DNA of 64,000 nt. It comes from Octopus sinensis. Lineage: Eukaryota. Positions 38,061-50,500 of this stretch are shown piece by piece; positions within the stretch are counted from its first letter, which is position 1, and each line of letters starts with the position of its first letter. The DNA is taken from positions 102,176,001-102,240,000 of the forward strand of contig NC_043001.1 in NCBI RefSeq assembly GCF_006345805.1, written 5' to 3'. Under the pieces are notes generated by a model. That model was not told the origin of the DNA, ran no database searches, and saw nothing but the letters and a program-made list of their open reading frames with translations. The translations under genes were made by a program, and so were the position numbers.

Positions 38061-38159
38061 AGGTGGCTGGACATGCTCTTCACTGCTCTGAGTTGTCAGC
38101 AGCTGAAGACACAGAAACACTAATACAACCCAGCAGGACAACTGAAAAAATAACTCTAA

Positions 38160-39330
38160 AAGACTGGAATATTTACAATTTCCTGTGAGTATTTTGAATT
38201 TCTTTCAAAATATCTACAGTTTTCAAACACATAAACAATCAGCTTTAAAACCTTTAATATCTACACCTTCTGTGAATACCTATCATTTCCTTCCCCCCTG
38301 AGTATTTGAAAATGTAAACATCCCCTTTATTCCAAGAACACTACAGTTTTCTCTGTTCGGACAGGCAAAAGACTTGTTGTTCGCTGCTCTGAAACTTTTA
38401 TTGCAGCAACACGATTAAATTTTTAAAAAATTCATATCTACAATTTTCTGTGAAGAAATTTTAACTTCCTTTTCTTTACGATCCTTTTTCCCTGGATATT
38501 CGAAAATGTAAGCATCCTTTTTATTGTAAAAAAAAACACCACAGTTCTCTGAACAGACATACAAATGAACACCTCAAAACATTTAGAAACGTTAATATCT
38601 CCAAATTTGTGTGAACATTTTGTCTTTCCTTCTTCCCTGATTAACAGAATATGTAAACATGCCTTTTATTGTAACAACACAATTAAATGCACGAAAAAAA
38701 AAAGAAATTAAGGAAGTAAGCACCCGCCGATATATACATACTGCACAACTACAAAAACTGTAAACCACAGAAAAACTTTTAAAAAGAATAGAAAAATTCC
38801 AAAAGAAAAAGAAATTAAAAAATCCAACAAGGTGAACATTTCTTCCTCCTACTATTCCCAAAGACTGAACTATCTACAATTTCCTGTGAATATTTTAAAT
38901 CTCCCTCAAAATAAAATAAGTTAGGAAACTTACATACCTACAGCTTTCGAACACACAAATGATCAGCTTAAAAAAAAATGAAACAACTTTGAAATCTGCA
39001 ACTGCTGTGTGAATATCGATTCTTTCCTTTCTCCCTGAGTATTCGAAAATGTAAACATCATCATCCTTTTTATTCTAAGAACACTACAATTTCTCTCTCT
39101 GCGGTCAAAGACCATATTTAGTAAATCTTAAAACTTTACTATCTACAACTTGTTTTCTTTTCATTTTGACTCTCCCTGAGTATTTGAAAATGTAAACATC
39201 CTTTTTATTGCAAAAGTCAAACTGTATTCTCCAATTGGACAGACAAACGAACATGTCAAGAAAACTTAAAAACTTTAATATATTACCCAAATACGTAAAC
39301 ACACCTTTCATTGCAGCAACACAATTGAAT
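38160..39330 (+). repeat. Degenerate higher-order tandem repeat
   Basis: Motif (ctgag)tattt/cgaaaatgtaaacatc(ccc)tttttatt recurs about six times (~38298, 38495, 38650, 39035, 39177, 39292); block 38161-38350 is echoed at 38862-39105. Confidence 0.7.
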
Positions 39331-39370
39331 TCAGAAATTCAACGATGTGAATATCAGTATATGTGTGTGC

Positions 39371-39416
<46 letters not shown>

Positions 39417-39694
39417 ATTATCATTATTGTTTTTTTCTATCAGTAATTACAAATAGAACAGGTTGAATTGCTTCTTTCCAAGGCAGCGCTCTCAGTGGCC
39501 ACTGGTAGTAGTAAACAAACACATAATTTTCTTGTTTTCTTAAACATTCTCTAGAACAACACTATGTAAAAAAACCAAATATATGGCACCCTAGGCATAA
39601 CACCAACATGAACTTCCAACTTATTGTCTCTTGATGTCTCTGGGTGAGACTTGGAGCCAACTTGTACAAATACAAAGCAAAAGTCAAACATAAA

Positions 39695-39870
39695 ATAATA
39701 ATAATATCTAAAAATACTTTAGGAATGAGAAACCAGGTTTGAAATTTCCCTAAGACACCTGATGAAGGGTGGAGGGTATATCAGACGAAACATTATGCTA
39801 ACAACAAACAAGATGAGGACAAATATCTGTCAAATGTAAATAATTCCTCGTCTCTTAAATATGGAACTGT
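39695..39870 (+). mobile_element. Hammerhead-bearing tail, copy 3 (head absent)
   Basis: ataataat...tactttaggaatgagaaaccaggtttgaaatttccctaagacacctgatgaagg...gaggacaaatatctgtcaaatgtaaat...cttaaatatggaactg. Confidence 0.8.
39753..39799 (+). ncRNA. Minimal type I hammerhead motif, degenerate copy
   Basis: AGACAC-CTGATGA-A-GGGTG-gagggtatat-CAGAC-GAAA-CA-TT-ATGCT; both core boxes intact, stems eroded. Confidence 0.6.
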
Positions 39871-40419
39871 TTTTTTCAAATGTGAGCAATTAATGTGCAG
39901 ATTCTGAAACTAATCTTTTCTTACAAAAACAAACAAAATATCGAGTAAACGCTTAAGGCAGACAACTGTCAGAATCATTAGCAGCATTCTGATTTCAAAT
40001 TCCACTGAAGTCAATTTTGCCTCTCATCCTTTCGGAGTTGATTAAAATAAGTAACAGAATATCAAAGGCTCACCAGAATCAGACGTCTTTCTGCCATTAC
40101 TGAATTTCCAAACAAAATAACAAACAAAGGAACAATTTACACTAATTTCTCAGAAAATCTATTTGTTCATATAATATTGACCCAGGCCGATGTTATTGAT
40201 ACTCCTTACACAAACAAAATGACTCAGTGAAAGAAAATCAAGACTGCAAATGGAAAATATTCTATAACTAAGACTAAACAGATCTTCCTTTACAACAACA
40301 AAATACCAAAAACATAATGTTCTTGGCTATGTCAGGTCATAATCTAAGCACACCTATGAGCAATGTTATCAGATCAGTAATATAAAGAATAAGGCTGAAG
40401 AATGTAAGAAAACTGGTCT

Positions 40420-40850
40420 GTCTACGTTGTGTTGATGTATGGCAGTGAGACATGGTCTTTAACATCAGAAACGAGAAGGTGCTTGGAGAGCTGGGAAATC
40501 TGGTTCTTCAGGAGAATATTGAGGATAGCATGGACAAAGTGCATGATGAAGAGGTGATGAGCTGGGCTGTGGTAAATAGGAAACTGCTTCATGAGATAAG
40601 GGCCAAGCAACTGAGATTTCTCCATCCTGTTGTGATGATGAATTTGGCCTGGAGAATTTAGGGATGACTAGAAAGATTGAAAGGAAAAGAAGCAGAGAAA
40701 GGAGAAGGATGATGCGGATGTCAAGTCTGAGGAATTGGTTGGAAGAAGAGAGACATTGATCATCAAGAAGTGGAACTGTTACAGCAAACAAGGAACAGAG
40801 AATTGTGGCAAGACATGATCACCTGTGTCCTACATTGTGGGCATGGCACC
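40420..40850 (+). mobile_element. Decayed RTE-type LINE 3' end
   Basis: SMDKVHDEEVMSWAVVNRKLLHEIRAKQLRFL and TRNRELWQDMIT resemble the ISWTDKVTNEEVL...RxLWR LINE C-terminus. Confidence 0.7.
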
Positions 40851-42779
40851 TAAAAAAGGAGAAGTAAAATATAAAACACCTAATTCCTCAGAACATACTT
40901 GTAAATCTATTTCTATCTGAAATGAATTCTGACACTGACCCAGAATTACAATGATTAGAGAAAGTTTCTATAAAGAAGATTAATTCTTTACATCCTGCAT
41001 GACATGAATCTACCTGACAGCACATCTATTTGTCAGTCCTAGAACACCTAAAACAGATTCAGTCAAAACACACTTCTTGTTTCTATTTGTTTGAAAGTTG
41101 GTAACAAACTCTTTAATCTTGGACTTGTTTCTTTCTCAAAATCTTCATACACAGCTGGGTTTGTTATTTCTGAAGGGAGTAAATTAGCTGATTGGAAAAT
41201 TTCTTAATGAATAAGCTGCAAAAAGATCAGGGAACATTTTGTTTTGTTGTGAGTTGTGGCATTTGTACAAGTATGTCTGTTACTAGTTGCATTTATTACT
41301 ATCATCTCTTTTCACCTGTTTTTTTCTTCTAGTTATTACAATGCAATAAATTACCAAGCACACAAGCCTTACTTTCTTTTTGGCCCAAATGACAATTACC
41401 TTTCACTTGTTTCAATCATTGGACAGTGGCCATGCTGGAGTACTGCTTTGGAGGGTTTTAGTTGAATGAATCAACCTCAGTACTTATGTATTTTTAAACC
41501 TGCCACATATTCTACCAGAGTATTTTGCAACACAAATTGTCAAGTAGTGATGGGGAACAAACACACAAACACACTCATATGTGTATGTCTCGCTGTCTAT
41601 CTAGGTACACACACACACACACACACACACAAATGTGACGGCCTTCTTGTCAGTTTGCCAACCAAATCTCCTCACAAGACCTTGGGGGTATAGAAGAAGA
41701 CATTTGCCCAAGGTACCACACAATGGGACTGAACATGGTACCATGTGGTTGGAGTAGCAAACTTCTTACAAGAAGGCGATGCTTGAAAATTTCCAACAAG
41801 ATTATAAGAATTAATAGATCTGTAAAATAGCGACATTCTTCAAATTTACAGTCCCAAAAATTCTTATTTATAAAGACAAAGGAAAGCTAGTAACTATCCT
41901 TGATACCAGTTGACAATCTTCAGTGACAGCTCAGTCACTTGACAACATCACATCATATCCCATTCCCTTCATCAATATTATCCACATGAATACAGTAAAT
42001 TACCCCAGATTTACTGGAACCCAGTCAATACAGTTAGAAAAACTTCCAAATATTATCCGTATAAAAAGCCAGTTTAATAAAGACATGCAAACAAGATATT
42101 TTCTGATGGTTTACTGTAGAATATCTTGTTCCTTTTCGACCTCAAATGTTATTTTGCCTATTTTTGAATGTTTGGTAGTGTTTATATTTTTTAAACCAGT
42201 TACATTTTAAATTCACTGAGAAGTTAATTTATGTCATTGAACATTTGGATCCTCATCGTTGAAACCAACGGAAAACCAGATGTGTGTGTGTGTGTGTAAT
42301 GTTTTACACTTAAATTTTATTCTTGTATGACCTGAATTTGGTACCCTTTCATGCACTCTTGTAAAGTAGTAGACTTTTACAAGCTTGATAGAAATGACCC
42401 TATCTCTTCCCTATAAAATCCTCATGTTACAAGCCAAGCAGTAATGTAAGAAATTAATGCTCAATACATTGAAACAAAAGACTATTGAAACTTATATTTT
42501 AAAAGATATTTTTTTCTATTTCAAACAGAATTCAGCTGAATTAATAATTTTTCTAGAGAGTTCTACATTTGTCACAAGTCAACAGAGCCGGAGCGTAACC
42601 CCATTTCCTTTCCATCAAAAGTGCAATATTCTTCCTTCCTTTGAATGGAACCGGTCTGACCCTAGTTGTTGCTGGGACTTATTTTCAGCCAAAGCAACAT
42701 GAAATGAAGTATTTTAAAAAAAAAAGATTAAAAAAAGATAATAAAAAAGACAAAACAAAAGACTTCTTTGTTGAATAGT

Positions 42780-42990
42780 TGAGAAGGTACTCTATAAGAC
42801 GAGTGCTGACATTAGTTGAAATATTGAGTTTTAGTATGGCTACAGATGAATCAAAAACTATTTATCTTCTGTTCGTTGAGGTCAGTGAGGAATTTGATCA
42901 AGTGAATTACAAACACTTGAGGAAACTACTTAAATGTTATGTATATTCATCATGGTTAATAACGTTTATGAAGAATCTTCCCAATGCTCT
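42780..42990 (+). mobile_element. Highly decayed LINE RT fragment
   Basis: IYLLFVEVSEEFDQVNYKHLRKLL resembles the FVDFSKAFDSV RT motif. Confidence 0.4.
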
Positions 42991-45824
42991 GGTCTAATGG
43001 TCCACTTGTAGCAGCTGCTTCTGTAAGTTTTCCTGTTCTACATGCTGATCAATAAATTAAATTGGCTTCATTAATTGAAATATGAGATCCGTTCAAAAAG
43101 AAACCATACTTTTAAAACAACATGTCAGCCAACCAATGCAGGGTGCTTGTGACTAGGATGCTGTGTGCAGCTGACCTTGATTTTTCAGTCAAATAATACG
43201 CCACATCAGGCAGTCATTGATCTACATGTGCTGGAGTGAAGGTATGGCTAATGCATTTGGCTATTTGCTTCAAGTTGAACAATGAGCAAAAATGTCTCAA
43301 AAGAAGAAAAATCTTGTGATGCCTATTCTAATGACACACAAAACCAATGGGGATGATTATTTGAGCTGTGCACAAGGTTGCATATGATATCGACATTTCA
43401 AACTGAGAAGGACATCAGAACAATAGGCACAGGAGTGGCTGTGTTGTAAGTAGCTTGCTTACCAACCAAATGGTCCCAGGTTAAGTCCCACTGCATGGCA
43501 CCTTGGGCAAGTGTCTTCTACTATAGACTCGGGCCGACCAAAGTCTTGTGAGTGGATTTGGTAGATGGAAATTGAAAGAAGCCCATCATATATGTGTACA
43601 TATATCTATATATATTTTTTTTTTATATATATATGTACATTTGTGTTTGTTCCCACAACATCACTCGGCAACTGATGCTGGTGTGTTTACGTCCCTGTAA
43701 CTTAGCGGTTCGGCAAAAGAGACCAATAGAATAAGTACTAGGCTTACAAAGAATAAGTTCTGGGGGTTGATTTTCTCGACTAAAGGCAGTGCTCCAGCAT
43801 GGCCGCAGTCAAATGACTGAAACAAGTAAAAGAGTAAATAGACAATTGCAAGTCTGGATGATATTCCATGATGACAATTCCATTGTGATTCATGAAAATC
43901 ATCGTCTGACTGTTTATGAAGAAGCATAAAAGTTTGTATGACATGGTTTTAAAAAGGAAACTGAAGACACATCATGTTGTAAAATTTGTGAGCAAAAAGA
44001 GAATTGAGCCAGCATCAATCAGAAATAGTTTGATTATTTACAAGAAGGCAGTCATCGCAATGGATTGAACCACCATTGCCATGACCAATAAACATAACAT
44101 GTCAGAGTTGCTCAAATGTGAAGGGGATTTCAAGCATCATTTTTTGGCTGCAGGGGCACCATTCTTTATGGGTTTGTTGTGTAGAGTCAGCCAATCAGTA
44201 CAGAGTTTTACTTGATGTATTCAAGATAGGCAGTGTAAAGGAAGAGACCTGAGGCTTGGACAAACAAAAGCTAGATGTTACATCACAACAATGCATCTGC
44301 ACAAGTATCATACCTTGATGATGATGATGATGACTTTTTAGAAACAAATGAGATATTTTCGTGCTTATAAAGTTGAAAGATAACTGATTTTAGATTACAG
44401 AAGAGACTGAACAAAATTCATAACAACTGCACACTCTTGTAAAAACATGTAGAAGGAGGTGCACAAAAAGTGGGGGAAAAAATGTTAAGAGCAGTGCACG
44501 ACAGTGGACAGAACTATTTTGAAGGAGACATGTCTAATTAAAGCGAAAGTAAAGAAATAAATTTATTTCTTTGAGAAGTCCTGTTTCTTTTTAGACCAAC
44601 CTCATATACTCTTTGATGAAAGGCCATCTTTACTAAGTCTCACGACTCAATTCTTGTCTCTAGAAACTTTACCTAGCAAGAACTGAACCTATTTTCCTTA
44701 TGGAGACTATTGAACATTGAGAAGTCAAATAGCACCTGTATCTGTTTCTCTTATTAGTCTGGGACGTCTGCAAAAGTTATGGATGTCCCTCTAAGTTCTC
44801 CAACTCTGTGCATATTAAATTGTGTGTGTGTGATTTTATGCAGTAAACAGATAATTTAATCTCACAAAGAGAAGATAACAAAGTGGTTAGAATTTTATCT
44901 TTTTTGTAGACAGAGAAAAGAATCAATGTAATTAGTTCCCAGTTTTGTTAAGCCTTCATCAGACAGTCTTTACTCATTACTTGCCCACAAAGAGAATAGT
45001 AGCTTAAAACTATTTATGGTGTATACAAGCTCAGACAGAATTAAAGGCCTGGATTGATAACTACATGTTTCAAGTTTCAATTTCACTACATGGAGCATTG
45101 GCTAAGTTCACTGTAACCTCAGATTGACCAATAACTGATAAGTAGAATCTGTTAAAAATAGGAATTGGAGAGAAGGTTGCCCCAAACACACTCACAGACA
45201 TATCAATGTCTAGATCTATATGTTGGACTAAAATAAAGTGTTGCTGTTATGTTGTGTCTGTTTACGCCCTACAACTTAGTGGTTCAAGAAACAGAGATGA
45301 AAAAAAAAAGAAAACTAGCACCAGATTGAAATACTGGGACTGAGACGGTTGATTAAAACTATTTTATGGTGGGACCCAGTGTGGTCGCAGTCAAAGGACT
45401 GAGATCAGTGACAAAATAAAACAATATAGATTCCCTTTTGTGGGATCTCCTTCAAGAATTTTAGTTGGACATATTGACTACAATGCTTATTTCTGTCTAA
45501 TCCTTAATTTGTCAATCTCTATTTGCCCCATTGCTAAGTTTACAAGCTATAAAGAGACACAACATAAACACAAATATATAAATACCAGGCAGCAGGATTA
45601 AACCCAATACCACATGGTCATGAAGCCAATGTTTTGACCACTGAACTTGTGACCAGCATAGAAAAAATGTGATATTCAATGCCTATGATTTTTTATATGT
45701 GTGTGTGTGTCTGCATCTCAATGTGACTTCAGGCTAGGGATATCAACCATAGATATGATCTTCACACAGTAACAGTTACAGAAAAAAGCAGTGGACCAAC
45801 ACTGACCTCTCTTCATGATGATTT

Positions 45825-47160
45825 TGGACTTCTCTAAGGCATTTGACACGGTGGTCTGAGAATCTTTTTGGAAAGTGCTGGAGGCTTATGGATGTCCTGA
45901 AAAGCTTCTTAACATCAATGAGCAGTTCCATATAGGAATGAAGAGAAGTTTAGTGAACCGTTTGCAGTCAACCACAATGTGGAGCCAGGGCATCCAGCAA
46001 CAGGACCTCCGTAATGCCATGATGGACCGTGAAGTCTGGCGTAGCATGGTAAATTCCATTGTCTCGACCACGGTCGAACAATGATGATGATGATGTGTGC
46101 TTGCTCTCATACTCTATTTACCTTGCAGCTGTGCTTGATGCCATGAGGGTCAGTCTGCACAAGGGGGTTTTAATCTACACTAAAACAGATGGGAAGCTCT
46201 TCAACTTAGCCTATCTTGATGCCACCACTAGAGTCAGGGAAATGCGTGTCAGGGATTTACTCTATGCAGACAACTCAGCTCTTGTGGCCAGTAGTGTTGA
46301 GGACAAGTAACATGTTGTGGATCAGTTTTCTTATTCAGCAGGCATGTTTGGTCTTAATCAACACTTCAAAGACTAAACTGCTCCACCAGCTTCCACCAAG
46401 ATGTCCTAGTAGACTAAGAGAGCCCAAGTCAGTGACAGTACATGGAGAGGCCTCAATGTATACTGAAACCTTTACCTATCTGGGTAGCAGAGAGACTTGT
46501 ACTCACTCTTCTGACCTTGAAGCTGAGAGGCAAATACAGTCTGCCACTAAGGGCTCTGGTTCTCTTGCAAAGCATCTATGGAGCTCCCATGATGTTGCCT
46601 GCAACACAGTGCTCCCTTACTTCCTTTATGCCACAGAATGCATGGCCCTCTACTACAGCAACATCAAGGCCCTGATACAAATCCAACTTCATCATCTGCA
46701 CTCCAGCTTCATATCAGGTGGTGGGATCACATTTTTGATGTAAAGGTTCTGTGCCACACTAACTCTGTTAGTGTGGAAGTACTCATTACCTCATTGCAGC
46801 AGGGCAGGGCTTGTTTGCAAGATGGAGGGTGGTAGGTTACCAAAGGCAGTTTTCTATGTTGTGTTATTTTGGGGCAGGAATAACTATGGTGGCCAGAGGT
46901 TGTGATGCAGAGATGTGCTGAAGAGACACATGAAGAACTCTGACATCTCCCCAGACTCTTGGGAAGAGAAGGCCCTGTGGCATGAGGATTGGCACCAACT
47001 GCTGAAGCTCGTGATTCCATCCATTGAGGAGAAGCAACAGAGAAAATATTAAAGAGCACATGAAAGGGTCACTTCTCTGTTGCATCAAGTAGCTTCACCT
47101 GATGCAGATCAAGAGCAGGCCTTGTAGCCCTCATGTGAGCCTGCCGCAGATAATTTCTGA
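45825..47160 (+). mobile_element. Decayed RTE-BovB-like LINE (RT core to 3' end)
   Basis: DFSKAFDTV..FWKVLEAYGCPEKLL; TDGKLFNLAYL..TTRVREMRVRDLLYADNSALVA; FTYLGS; numerous stops and frameshifts. Confidence 0.85.
45947..46095 (+). mobile_element. Short 3' end of a different RTE nested in the BovB-like copy
   Basis: GIQQQDLRNAMMDREVWRSMVNSIVSTTVEQ* then (ATG)n tail; interrupts the RT frame. Confidence 0.75.
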
Positions 47161-47315
47161 ACAAGAATAGCCAACATTGACCTACCAATGAGAGTATAAA
47201 CAAAACACATACAGCAAATATGTGACATCAATAATGTTTATATATATATATATACACAAAGGTGTGTATCAGCTGGGACTCTTGTCGATGAAACTGACGG
47301 AGTTCTCCTCCTTTA

Positions 47316-47515
47316 TATCATCATCATCATCATCGTTTAACATCCATTTTCCATGCTACCATGGGTTGGACGGCTTGACTGGGGACTGGCAAGCCAGGAG
47401 GCTGCGCCAGGCTCCAATCTGATCTGGCAGTGTTTCTACAGCTGGATGCCGTTCCTAACACCAACCACTCAGTGAGTGTAGTGGGTGCTTTTTACGTGCC
47501 ACCGGCACAGGTATC
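47316..47515 (-). mobile_element. RTE 3' UTR fragment
   Basis: (CAT)n tail plus family motifs; further copies at ~52563-52710(-) and ~56080-56200(+). Confidence 0.8.
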
Positions 47516-50500
47516 ACCGCTGCAATTTCCATTTGATATATATATATATATATACATACTCTGTTTTTTATATGGTTGTATTTGTATTTAGTGTAATGAC
47601 TGTCCCAAGACAACAAATAAATTGTAAATTATAAAAATATATTTTTGCATGAATAACTCAAAAGTCCCTGTGAACTAACACATTAACTGCAACTAAATAA
47701 AACAGTCATATTTTTTCTTTTGTTTTGTCCAGTGTTTAAGGAGGGGGGGGGGGCTACAGACAAATTAATAAAAGCTGGTGGATTTGTGTTAATTATTTTT
47801 ATAAACTGATTTCAAATTAGTTTTGACAGAATTTGTGCACAGTATTACATGGTAAATGAAACAAGGTGTTAATGATTACTTGTCATTTTGCCCCATCATC
47901 AACACCTCAAAATCATATTATCTAAAGGGAAACAAAATCAGGATTCCTTTTGATTACACATAAAAAAACTCTTGTATATTATTATTATCATTATTAAACT
48001 TTATTAACATTTTATGGATGAATATAAAAAGTTGTAGCAATAAATTAAGTTATAAACTAGACTGGAACACATCTAGGTAGGCTTTTTACAAAAATACTTA
48101 TTTCTTTATTGCCCACAGGGATCTAAACATTGAGGGGAAAAACGAGGACAAAGGGATTAAGTTGATTACATCGACCCCAGTGCATAACTGATACTTATTT
48201 TATTGACCCCGAAAGGATGAAAGGCAAAGTCGACCTCAGTGGAATTTGAACTCTGAATGTAACGGCTAAGCATTTTGCCCGCCGTTCTAAAGATTCTGTC
48301 AGCTCACTGCCCTTATGCAGTGAGAATATTCTTTTCTACTCTTGGCACAAAGCCCAAAATTTTTGGGGAGAGGGCCAGTTGGTCAGATCAACCCAGTATG
48401 CAACTGGTACTTAATTTATTGACCCCAAAAGGATGAAAGGCAAAGTTGACCTTGGCGGAATTTGAACTCAGAATGTAATGGCAGATGAAATACCACTAAG
48501 CATTTCGCCCACCGTGCTAATGATTCTGCCCTAAGGCTGATTACAAAAATATTGACAATAGAAAGTTGTCAATATAACTAAGTACCAGAGATTAATCAGG
48601 GGCTCTACCATGCATTTGAAGAAACATTACTAACTACATTTACAATAATATTTAGTTTGTTTTTCTGCTGCATTTTTAAGAACATTTTTAGTCCATTGTT
48701 CACATTTTCTTATTGACAATAACAGCATTTACTCTGCTGTTCCACTAGATTTCTCTCACATTATTACTTCGACTAACAACAAACAAAATCATAATGTTAG
48801 TTGGATTCTTAATTGATATTATTAAAAACACAACATGGTGTCTGCAAAAGAGAAAAAAGACAAAAACAAATTTTGTTGTCAACAAACATTAGGAATGATG
48901 TACCTCACTTGAAATGTTTTTAAATCAATACATTCTATATTATAAAACTCCCTCAACATGAGTAGTAGAAATGACCACTAAGTCCTCAAGTGCACACTCT
49001 CCTTGCAACAGTCGAATACAAACAATCATAATAATAATAATGATGATGATAATGATAAATAAAATACAATAAACAATAACAAAGAAACACTATTTGCAAA
49101 AGAGAGTAAAGCAACAGCCTTAATGTCGAAATGCAAGAAATTGTCTCTTATCCACAAATACTGCCAGAGTAAATTGCAGAACTATTTAAAGAAATCCATA
49201 TATGGCCTGAGTAGGGATGGAACTAGGAAAGAAACTTCTAAAACATTGTGCAGGAAAAAAAAAAAATTAGATTGAGAAGTCAAACTTAATGTATTTTCTT
49301 GGATGAATAGGAATGAATTAAAGGAAAACAAATGCTAGATCTTCTTTGATTAGCAATTTCAGATTAGTCCTAAATTGGAGGGGTGGGGAACACACAACAA
49401 AAAGAAAAACAAGATGTAAAATAAAATAGAAAGCATTTAAATTCAATGCTTTAAACAGAAATCATTTAAAGTAAAAATGAAAGAGATGTTATATCGGAGA
49501 AGACAGATAAATATAAGCAAAGCTAAATGAATTAGTTTATGAATATAAACTTGAACACAAGATGCTTGCCCTCACTTCTAATCTACTCGCAAAGCATTAA
49601 ACTTGCTGCAAATTCTCCCTGGCAGCATAAAATCACCTTGTACTACTGTTTTTTTTTCTAATAAGTATTTTTGTATAATATGCTAATTATTGAATTGAAT
49701 TGATATTAATATAACTTGCTTATGTATGTATGAATCTATGTATCTATACAACATGCACATACATACAATAGCCTGCTTATATAAACAAAAGTTAGTTGAC
49801 TACATTTATGAAGCAGTTCCTTACACATAAATGTGCCCTGGTTCCATATTTGTCAGAATTACAGAATTATAAAAATCAAACCTATCACAGATAGAAAATT
49901 TTCTGAAAAGAAGAAGAATCAATTTTCAATGTTCTTTCATTTTACAAAAATTCATTTTAAAGAAAATTATGAAAAACACTACCCAAAGAAGGATATTTTG
50001 GCAAAATACAGTCCACCATTAGGCATTTCTTCTGTTCTTGTTTTGTAGATTTATTTTACACAGGATTTTACAAAAAATATTCCTGAACAGATTACTTGTG
50101 TTGGTGCCAGTTCAAGGATTTCAAAGGTCCACCGATGATACAACCAAATTCTGTAAGTTGTTTCTCACTAAAAAAATTAATAGAAAAAAAAAAGAGAAAA
50201 ACAATAAATAATAGCATCCATAACAACAACAACAATCTTGTCTTCTATAGGCACAAGGCCTGAAATTTTTTTGGGTGGGGTTGCTTATATCGACCCTAGT
50301 ATTTCACTGGTACTTAATTTATTGACCCTAAAAGGATGAAATACAAAGTCAAACTCAGTGGAATTTGAACTCTGAATGCAAAGATGGACAAAGCATTTTG
50401 TTTGGCGTGCTAACAATCCTGCCAACTTGCTGCCTTAAATAATAATAATAAGAAGAATAATAGTAGTAAAGTTGATTTTTGCCTGTTATCCTTTTAGGGT

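Noticed and set aside
44925-44970. Minus-strand CTGATGA-A-GGC-TTAA motif
   Set aside because: The 3' stem II strand, GAAA and stem I partner are missing; at best a very decayed relic.
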